The notes under the pieces: generated by a model
Database searches by the model: none
What the model saw: the letters and a program-made list of their open reading frames with translations, nothing else
Told to the model about the DNA's origin: nothing
Origin: Polyangiaceae bacterium
GTDB lineage: Bacteria; Myxococcota_A; Polyangia; Polyangiales; Polyangiaceae
Direction: 5' to 3'
DNA: 64,000 bases
Assembly: GCA_033763455.1 (NCBI GenBank)
Contig: JANRKO010000006.1
Location: 608,001-672,000 of the forward strand
Part shown: positions 56,964 to 64,000 of the stretch, one piece after another
How positions within the stretch are numbered: the first letter of the stretch is position 1
Layout: each line of letters begins with the position of its first letter
Position numbers and translations under genes: made by a program

Positions 56964-58834
56964 ACCCACTAGCGAACCTCTTTTTCGAGAGTTTCATCTA
57001 TCTTGCCGCCTTTGCAGTTGGTGCTGCGATCCCCCGTCGGCACGCGTGGTTCGAACGCCTATCCATTGGCATTGTGGGCGCCCTCGCTGTGTTGCTCATC
57101 AAGGGCCTGTGGCCGAGCGCGGAAGCTGCGCCCGAGCAAGCTGCCACCGAGTGGAAACACCTGCTGGATTTCGTTGTCTTCTTCCCAATCTTCTCGGCCA
57201 TCGCGGTCCTCTTTTTGCCGCGCCAATCGCCACAGTTGCTTAAGCGCTTCACGCTCGGCGTGTTAGCCATAAACGGCTTGGTGTCGCTGTTGCTGCTCAA
57301 AGTCCCGATGAGCCAGGGCTGGCACTTTCAGCACGTGGTGGAGTGGGTCCCAAGCCTGGGCATTCGCTACCACGTCGCGGTAGATGGCGTGAGCTTGTGG
57401 CTGGTGCTGCTGTCAGCCCTTACTACGCCGATTGCGGCCTACGTTTCGTTCGGGTCCCTTCAAGGGCGAGCCAAAGACCTCTGCTTCTCGTTCCTCCTTC
57501 TTCACGGAGCCATGTTGGGCTGCTTTGTGGCGCTCGATCTGTTCCTTTTCTTCGTGTTCTGGGAGCTTCTATTGGTTCCCATGCTCGTGATGATCGGGGT
57601 TTGGGGCGGCGTTGAGCGCATCAAGGCTGCGTATAAGTTCTTCATCTACACGATGGTAGGCAGCATGCTGATGCTGGCGGCCATCCTGTACCTCGTGTGG
57701 ACGCACACGCAATTAGCCGGGTACCCGTCGTTTGATTACTTGGCTCTGAGCCGGGTGGTGCTCCCGAAGACAGCTTCGATATTCTGCTTTTGGGCGTTCG
57801 CTGCGGCGTTCGTGATCAAGGTGCCGATGGTGCCCTTCCACACCTGGCTGCCGGACGCCCACGTGCAGGCTCCCACCGGCGGCTCGATCGTGCTGGCCGC
57901 AATTTTACTTAAGCTCGGCACCTACGGCTACATTCGCTTCTGTATGGGGCTTTTCCCAAGCCAAGCCTGGATGAACGGCTCCACATTGGCGTACGTAGCC
58001 GTTTGGGGCGGTGTGCTCGGCACGGCGCTAGTGGCCTGGAAGCAGGACGACGTAAAACGTCTGGTGGCCTACTCCTCTGTTGCGCACATGGGCTTTGTTA
58101 TGCTGGGTGTGTTCAGCGCATCGCAGTCGGGCATGGAAGGCGCCATTTTGCAAATGATCAACCACGGCATCTCGACCGGGGCGCTCTTCCTCTTAGTCGG
58201 CGTCATCTATGATCGTCGGCACACGCGTTTGGCGCGTGAGTTCGGCGGCCTTGCCAAAGTGATGCCGGTTTACGCAGTGCTATTCATCATCGTCACGATG
58301 TCGAGCGTGGGCGTGCCCGGTACTAACGGGTTCGTAGGCGAGTTTATGGTGCTCATGGGGACGTTCGTGAGCTACGGGGTTGGTGGTAACGGGTTCCCGC
58401 TGGGAGGCCACGCAAGAGTGCTCGGAGTTACCGCGGCGCTCGGCGTTATCTTGGCGGCTCTCTATATGCTGAGTGTTGTCCAAAAGATGTTCTTTGGGCC
58501 GATCACCAACCAGAAAAACCGCGGGCTTTCTGACATAAACGTGCGCGAAACGGTCGCGGTGGCACCGCTTATCGCACTCATTTTCGTGCTGGGTCTATTC
58601 CCCAATCTGTTCTTGAGCAGAATCACCGAAAGCGTGGCATCCGGCCTCCATCGTTTCCGTACCGGTTTTTCCGCTGAAAGAGCGCACTGGGCTTCGAGCG
58701 TGGATACGCCCCTTTTAGTGCCACGCAGAGGCGGCGCCTTTGAGCAAGGCTACCCAGAACAGCCGGCGCCCAAAGGCGATACGGTGGCTCAGGCTGCCCC
58801 AGTCGCTCCCGCGGCTCCAACGGGGGAACGGTAA
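56960..58834 (+). CDS. nuoM: NADH-quinone oxidoreductase subunit M
   Basis: VDGVSL, FWE, KVPMVPFHTWLPDAHVQAP, LKLGTYG, AYSSVAHMG, FVGEF. Confidence 0.96.
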   Translation: MNPLANLFFESFIYLAAFAVGAAIPRRHAWFERLSIGIVGALAVLLIKGLWPSAEAAPEQAATEWKHLLDFVVFFPIFSAIAVLFLPRQSPQLLKRFTLGVLAINGLVSLLLLKVPMSQGWHFQHVVEWVPSLGIRYHVAVDGVSLWLVLLSALTTPIAAYVSFGSLQGRAKDLCFSFLLLHGAMLGCFVALDLFLFFVFWELLLVPMLVMIGVWGGVERIKAAYKFFIYTMVGSMLMLAAILYLVWTHTQLAGYPSFDYLALSRVVLPKTASIFCFWAFAAAFVIKVPMVPFHTWLPDAHVQAPTGGSIVLAAILLKLGTYGYIRFCMGLFPSQAWMNGSTLAYVAVWGGVLGTALVAWKQDDVKRLVAYSSVAHMGFVMLGVFSASQSGMEGAILQMINHGISTGALFLLVGVIYDRRHTRLAREFGGLAKVMPVYAVLFIIVTMSSVGVPGTNGFVGEFMVLMGTFVSYGVGGNGFPLGGHARVLGVTAALGVILAALYMLSVVQKMFFGPITNQKNRGLSDINVRETVAVAPLIALIFVLGLFPNLFLSRITESVASGLHRFRTGFSAERAHWASSVDTPLLVPRRGGAFEQGYPEQPAPKGDTVAQAAPVAPAAPTGER

Positions 58835-58836
58835 CC

Positions 58837-60372
58837 ATGAACAGTTTGATGTTTGGTCTGTCTCCGATACTTGCAGTTGCCTTAGGCGCACTGTTAATGA
58901 TGCTCGCCGAAGCGTTCGGCAAGCCGGATAAAGACGCGGTGGCAGAGGGCGCGTCTCCGTTGGACGCCGGCGCTGGCCGCTCAAGCGAACTGGCACTCGG
59001 TACGGCCATCGTTTTGTTTGCGGGTGCCGTGTTCTCGATCGCGGTGTGGATGGTTGGGCCGGAGTCGCTTACTGGTTTGAGTAAGGTGGCTCCCTACCTA
59101 TTGGTAGATCGCTTTAGCCTATTTTTCTGCTTTGTCCTGTGCTTGGGTGGCGGTCTCGCAGCCCTGATGGCGGGTGGGTATTTACCCGAGCACAAGCTGG
59201 ATCGAGCGGAGTTCTTCCCGTTGCTCTCGTTTTCCACCGTTGGAGCGATGGCCCTAGCGATGGCTGGGGATCTGCTGACGCTCTTTGTTGCTCTGGAGAC
59301 GATGTCGCTCGGGGTGTATTGCATGGTGGGCTTGCGGCGCCAGAGTCCGCGCGCGATCGAGGCGGCGGTTAAGTACTTCCTCCTTGGCAGCTTTGCCGCA
59401 GCGCTGATGTTGTTCGGCGGCGCTCTACTTTATGGGGCCACTGGGCACACGGATCTGAAGGGTATTGGTGAGGCCATCGCGGGGCTCGGGGCGAATGGCA
59501 CCGGCGCAGCGGTTCTTCCGGCTCTTGCTTTGTGTGTCGTAGGGCTCGCGTTCAAGGTGAGCGCGGTTCCGTTCCACATGTGGACGCCTGACGCTTACGA
59601 GGGGGCGCCTACGCCCGCCACGAGTTACATGGCCGTAGCGGTCAAATGCGCCGCATTTGCCACCATGTTGCGCATGCTGGTGATGGCATTTGGAGACGAG
59701 CGCTTGATGAGCTGGGCTTCGGGCTGGCCGCCAGCTATGGCCGCCATGGCTGTGGCCTCCATGACTATCGCTAACGTTATCGCTGGGCGCCAAGAGTCCG
59801 TGAAACGCATGTTGGCGTATTCTTCGATCGCTCATGCCGGCTACGTACTGGTTGGGATCGCGGCGTTGCAGCGGGCCGGCCAGGCCGAGGCGAGTGTGCT
59901 CTTTTATCTGCTCGCTTACGCAGTCTCCACGGCTGGTGCTTTTGGCGCGCTGATTTGGGCTGGCCGCCGTGGTGCTGAAGCCGTAAGCTTTGACGATCTT
60001 GCTGGCCTCGGGAAACGTCACCCTGCAGTGGCGCTGGCGTTTTCGCTCTTCTTGCTTTCCCTCGCAGGGGTTCCACCTACTGCAGGATTCTTTGGGAAGA
60101 TGTACGTCTTCCAGGCTGCCATCGAAGCCAAGCTGTATTACCTGGCGGTTATTGGCCTCCTCAACAGCGTGCTCGGTGCGTACTACTACCTGAAAGTCCT
60201 GGTTTACATGTACATGCGTGAGCCTCAGGCCGGTGCGGCATTTGCGACCCCCATGCGTTCGGGTTACGTCGTGTCGGCGCTGGTGATTTCAGCCGTGATG
60301 GTGCTGGTTATCGGGATCTTGCCCGATTGGTCACTCCAGATGGCTTTGGCCGCGGTTCAAGGTCACAGCTGA
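58837..60372 (+). CDS. nuoN: NADH-quinone oxidoreductase subunit N
   Basis: EAAVKYF, FKVSAVPFHMWTPDAYEGAPTP, KRMLAYSSIAHAGY, SLAGVPP.AGF.GK. Confidence 0.97.
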   Translation: MNSLMFGLSPILAVALGALLMMLAEAFGKPDKDAVAEGASPLDAGAGRSSELALGTAIVLFAGAVFSIAVWMVGPESLTGLSKVAPYLLVDRFSLFFCFVLCLGGGLAALMAGGYLPEHKLDRAEFFPLLSFSTVGAMALAMAGDLLTLFVALETMSLGVYCMVGLRRQSPRAIEAAVKYFLLGSFAAALMLFGGALLYGATGHTDLKGIGEAIAGLGANGTGAAVLPALALCVVGLAFKVSAVPFHMWTPDAYEGAPTPATSYMAVAVKCAAFATMLRMLVMAFGDERLMSWASGWPPAMAAMAVASMTIANVIAGRQESVKRMLAYSSIAHAGYVLVGIAALQRAGQAEASVLFYLLAYAVSTAGAFGALIWAGRRGAEAVSFDDLAGLGKRHPAVALAFSLFLLSLAGVPPTAGFFGKMYVFQAAIEAKLYYLAVIGLLNSVLGAYYYLKVLVYMYMREPQAGAAFATPMRSGYVVSALVISAVMVLVIGILPDWSLQMALAAVQGHS

Positions 60373-60442
60373 TTCGCGCCACGCGCTCACACTGGCGCCT
60401 TGCGGAGGTGCTGAAACAATTGGGCCCTGCCGTTGTTCGCTC

Positions 60443-61009
60443 CTAGTTGGTGACGCGAACGTCTAGCCCTTCAGCGTAGCTGCCATCCACTAGCCGTGGG
60501 GCATATACAAGCCGAAACTCACGAACGCTCTCCGGCACCACGAAGTTCAGCCAGCCTTTTGCCGTCTTCCCCTTCGTCAGCGGCGGAGCTTCGAAAACTG
60601 GGTCGCAGCCCGATAGCACCGCGGGGTATCTGCGTTCGTCCCGATCCACGAGGCTGGCATAGTAACGATTGACAGCGATCCCAAAGTCGCTGAGCGCCAG
60701 AAGCTCCACTTCTACGGAGAGCGGGGTCAGACCCGGGGGAAGTACTTGATCACCAGCGCCACTGCAGCGTCCCTGATTCTGCACGGTCAGCTGCGCGACT
60801 GTCCCAACAGCAGCGGGGGGGGCCTGAAATGGCCGTTCACGAGGGTTCGTGCCGAGCTTTGCGAGGGCCGGGACGACTTCAACTTGGGCGTTTTCAACGA
60901 TTTGGCGGAAACGTCGGCGCGGATTGTCGCAGCCGAGCGAGGAGCTGCCGGCCACCCAAGCACTTAGCAGGCAAGCCAAGGAGGCAAGTTTTCGAGGGGG
61001 CAGGACCAT
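60443..61009 (-). CDS. hypothetical lipoprotein (DUF4352-like Ig fold)
   Basis: SLGC lipobox; LVDRDERRY and L.KG.TAKGWLNFVVP motifs. Confidence 0.7.
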   Translation of the reverse strand: MVLPPRKLASLACLLSAWVAGSSSLGCDNPRRRFRQIVENAQVEVVPALAKLGTNPRERPFQAPPAAVGTVAQLTVQNQGRCSGAGDQVLPPGLTPLSVEVELLALSDFGIAVNRYYASLVDRDERRYPAVLSGCDPVFEAPPLTKGKTAKGWLNFVVPESVREFRLVYAPRLVDGSYAEGLDVRVTN

Positions 61010-61143
61010 GGTCCTGTGAGCTTACCCGAAAGGGCAACAAGGCAAAGAAAGTGGCGATCTTCGGCGAGGCACGTGCCTTGTACACCTGAACGCACTCTTT
61101 GGTGCCAGGCATGTGTGGATGGTTTTGCTATAACCGCCACCGC

Positions 61144-62058
61144 ATGACGAGAAGAGTTCCCGCTGGGTCGGCCTTAATACTGCTTTTACTTGCCGGGGGC
61201 TGCGATGCCGTTCGCCCGCAAAGTTCGGAGGCTACGCCCCAGCCGTCCCTAAGCGCGGAGGAAGAAAAGCTTCAGAGCGGAATGCCGTTTACGCCGAGGA
61301 GCCCGCGGGTCCAAGCCGTCGTGAATGCCGGCAAGCTACCCGCATATTCGGGGCCCTTCGCAACCATCCGCGGACTCATTACCGTAAGTGGAGACGAAGC
61401 ACCCGCACAGCCCGACGTACAACAAGGGATCCCAGCCGACTGCACGCGCGCTCGCGTTGTTTACGAGAAGCTTTTTCGCGAAGGCATAAAGCGCAGCGCT
61501 CCCGATGTGCTTGTGAGTGTCACCGGATACGACAAGTTCGTGCCCGTCGCCACGGATGCGGTGAAGGTTGAGGGGCAGGGCTGCGCATGGCAGTCACGCA
61601 CGATTGCTCTCACCTTTGGCCAACGCCTGGAGGTCGCGGGTCAGGATGAGCGCAACTACCTGGTGAGTTTGGCAGGGAACCAGGATCCGGCATCGCTCGT
61701 CGCTCTTGGAAAAGGTAAGCCAGTCGCCATTTTTCCTCACGCCCCAGGGCGCTACCTGCTCAAAGAAGACACCCGGCCATACATGACGGCGGAAGTCTTC
61801 GTGCTCAAGTACCCCACCGTCACGGTGACGGGCCTAGACGGCAGATACACGTTAACGCGGGTGCCGCCCGGAAAGCTCACCATCACCGCTTTCCTCCCGC
61901 AGGTACTCCAAAAAGTGGATAAAACGATCGATGTGCAGGCGGGCCAAACGTACGATGTCGATCTGACTATTCCGTTCAGCGCTGCTCGCCAGGCTGCATT
62001 GCAGGCCCCACCTGCGGCTCCGCTTTCTCCGACGGACTCCGCCCCTGCTGGGCCCTGA
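61144..62058 (+). CDS. lipoprotein with cupredoxin-like and carboxypeptidase-regulatory-like domains
   Basis: AGGC lipobox; GC.W....A...GQRL, PYMTAEVFV, VTGLDGRYTL..VPPG; likely start MTRR at 61144. Confidence 0.72.
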   Translation: MTRRVPAGSALILLLLAGGCDAVRPQSSEATPQPSLSAEEEKLQSGMPFTPRSPRVQAVVNAGKLPAYSGPFATIRGLITVSGDEAPAQPDVQQGIPADCTRARVVYEKLFREGIKRSAPDVLVSVTGYDKFVPVATDAVKVEGQGCAWQSRTIALTFGQRLEVAGQDERNYLVSLAGNQDPASLVALGKGKPVAIFPHAPGRYLLKEDTRPYMTAEVFVLKYPTVTVTGLDGRYTLTRVPPGKLTITAFLPQVLQKVDKTIDVQAGQTYDVDLTIPFSAARQAALQAPPAAPLSPTDSAPAGP

Positions 62059-63127
62059 GCGTTGAGCCCGTTGCGGGAAGTGGTTCAGAAGCGGAGATAA
62101 CGCCAGCCTTCGAGGCTAAGATCGAGCTCAATAACGTGCGGCTTTCTGGGCTCAAGCCCGTGGTGCCAGTCGGCGCGGCAGCCAACAATCCATCGAAGCG
62201 CGCTTCATCCCCATTCAGAGTTGTTAACCAGAGAAGCTGAACCCAGGTGTCCGCGTCCCGTGGGGAGTCCGAGTAGCGGCGCTCGGCCAACTGCGTAGCC
62301 AAGGCTAGCTTGCCTGAGCGCGCCAGCAGCCCTATCACGCGCTCGTCGCTTAGATTGAGTGCCCGAGAGCGTTCCAAAAATGCGGTGTCGTTGCCCGATG
62401 TGAGTGCCCCCAGCAGCCCCCGATCGGAAAGCTTGGTGGATTCCGCGCTGGAACGGCTGGCCTTCTTTGAGTGAAGCCAGAGTTCAGCAAGGAGTTGCTC
62501 GTCCGAGGCTGCGAGATATTCGAGCTGCCGGACTTTCCACGGATCGAGCGCCTCTTGAGCGAGCAGGCTCCGGTACCACGCGCTTAGGCGCAGATGGTCG
62601 TTTTCTGCGCGGAGTACGGTCAGCATTTGCTGATTCGGACCCACGCCATTCGGATCGAGGCTGATGGCTTTGGTTGCCGCGGCAAATGCTTCGGAGCGGT
62701 CCCCTTCCAGCAGGTAGCAACGCGAAAGTTCCGTAAAAAGCGGCGCGTAGCGCGGATCTAGGTGTTTGGCACTCTCGAAAGACGGGAAAGCCGCACTGTT
62801 CCGGAGTTGGCAAAGGGTAGTGCCTACACGCACCGCAAGCTCCACGCTGTCTGGATCGTACTCCTGCGCGAGTTGATAATAGGTTAATGCTTCCGCATAA
62901 GAGTGCTCAAGCTCAAGTACTCGGCCCCGCGCATAGTAGGCGTACGCACGTTCGTCGATGAACCCTCCCATTTGGGACCGCCCGTCTACCAAGCGTTCAA
63001 CCTGGCCTCCCGCCATGCACCCAGGGATCCCGAAGGTGGCGAGCAGCAGCGTGACGCCTACCAGGAGCAGGCGAGCGGCACGGGCCGGCGAGCACTCGTC
63101 GATACGCGGCAACATGGGCGTCCTCAA
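61976..63127 (-). CDS. TPR-repeat lipoprotein
   Basis: IPGC lipobox; A..YY..A..YDPDS, A..LDP helical repeats; coupled to hisC stop. Confidence 0.75.
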   Translation of the reverse strand: MRTPMLPRIDECSPARAARLLLVGVTLLLATFGIPGCMAGGQVERLVDGRSQMGGFIDERAYAYYARGRVLELEHSYAEALTYYQLAQEYDPDSVELAVRVGTTLCQLRNSAAFPSFESAKHLDPRYAPLFTELSRCYLLEGDRSEAFAAATKAISLDPNGVGPNQQMLTVLRAENDHLRLSAWYRSLLAQEALDPWKVRQLEYLAASDEQLLAELWLHSKKASRSSAESTKLSDRGLLGALTSGNDTAFLERSRALNLSDERVIGLLARSGKLALATQLAERRYSDSPRDADTWVQLLWLTTLNGDEARFDGLLAAAPTGTTGLSPESRTLLSSILASKAGVISASEPLPATGSTLRAQQGRSPSEKAEPQVGPAMQPGEQR

Positions 63128-63999
63128 GCTGCCTCAGAGAGCGCTCGGCCCAATGCATCCAAGAATTCCAGGTCTTCATCCGGGGTACCCACAGTGACCC
63201 GCAGCTGGTGAGCAAGCCTCCCGCCGCGTCCGTGAAAGCTACGGACCAAGACTCCCTGGTTTTTCAGGCTATCAAACACTTTTTCCGCCGGCACCTCCGT
63301 TCTGAACCAAATAAAGTTCGCCTGACTCGGAGTTACGGAGACGCCGGGAATCTTGGCCAAGGCTTGAGCCAAGCGAGTTCGTTCAACACGCACACATTCG
63401 CAAGTCTGCCGGATCTCGGCTGCAAGCTCCGTGAGCACCACTTGGCCTAGCTTTTGGCTCAGGCCATTGATGTTGTAAGGCAGCCTCACCTTATCCAACT
63501 CTCGAACGAGGCCAGATGGACCCAAGAGCCAACCCAGTCTAAGCGAAGCGAAGCCAACTTTGGAGAGCGTTCTTAGGATAACTACGTTGGGGTACTCGCG
63601 AAGGAGCTCCAATTGGTTCAACTCGGCATAGTCGATGTAGGCTTCGTCGATCACCACGAGCCATTCAGGTGCTGCCTCGATCACCGATCGGAGGCGGTGG
63701 AGGCTAAAGAGCGTGCCGGTGGGATTGTTGGGGCTCGCTAAGAACAGAATGCCGGGATGGGTGTTTTGGGTGGCGGCCAGAAGGCTTTTTTCCGGAATAT
63801 CCCAGCTCGCGTCGAGGGGAACCTCAAGCACGGGAAGGCCGCGCAGGCGGGAGCTCATGCGATACATAACAAAGCTCGGGGTCGTTGTGACAACGCTTCG
63901 CGGGCTCCGGCCTTTGGCTTCACCAAGTGCCGTTAATAAGATGGTGATGAGCTCGTCGCTACCCACTCCCACCAACACCTCCGAAGGTGTGACTCCGGA
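63124..63999 (-). CDS. hisC: histidinol-phosphate aminotransferase (5' end outside window)
   Basis: GSDELI, SPNNPTG, DEAY, RTLSK.G.A.LRLG, SQANF, LRVTVG; frame stays open to the window edge. Confidence 0.93.
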   Translation of the reverse strand, partial: SGVTPSEVLVGVGSDELITILLTALGEAKGRSPRSVVTTTPSFVMYRMSSRLRGLPVLEVPLDASWDIPEKSLLAATQNTHPGILFLASPNNPTGTLFSLHRLRSVIEAAPEWLVVIDEAYIDYAELNQLELLREYPNVVILRTLSKVGFASLRLGWLLGPSGLVRELDKVRLPYNINGLSQKLGQVVLTELAAEIRQTCECVRVERTRLAQALAKIPGVSVTPSQANFIWFRTEVPAEKVFDSLKNQGVLVRSFHGRGGRLAHQLRVTVGTPDEDLEFLDALGRALSEAA

Positions 64000-64000
64000 G

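Overview
GC-rich bacterial chromosomal window. Gene content (Cys-rich GCGG-repeat lipoprotein, MXAN_5187-type protein, FHA-GAF-sigma54 activator, DUF1592/DUF1552 pair, Ser/Thr kinase) points to a myxobacterium, probably Polyangiaceae-like (inference). Most of it is housekeeping or conserved: argC, a LysR-regulated DUF2849-sulfite reductase-DUF934 operon, a fatty acid desaturase, ALDH, ctaA, xylA, lepB, gpsA, trxB, a family-4 UDG, lexA with an SOS box, exbB-exbD-tonB, ychF, a partial complex I operon (nuoEF-JKLMN) and partial hisC. An unannotated ~196-nt structured RNA at 31683-31878, with its own promoter and terminator, is most likely 6S RNA. I saw no transposase, integrase, prophage, tRNA, rRNA or CRISPR array. 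Best leads for undescribed biology: (1) a stand-alone PglZ/PorX-like phosphodiesterase outside any BREX context, divergent from the 6S RNA; (2) a putative outer-membrane barrel plus monoheme cytochrome c lipoprotein pair behind a perfect Fur-like 7-1-7 box; (3) a NuoL with a His-rich loop and a PKD-like C-terminal domain, in an operon lacking nuoGHI; (4) a metzincin-motif lipoprotein with beta-prism-like repeats; (5) a symmetric 8+8 Cys-repeat surface protein. All family assignments are from motif recognition by eye; no database searches were run.
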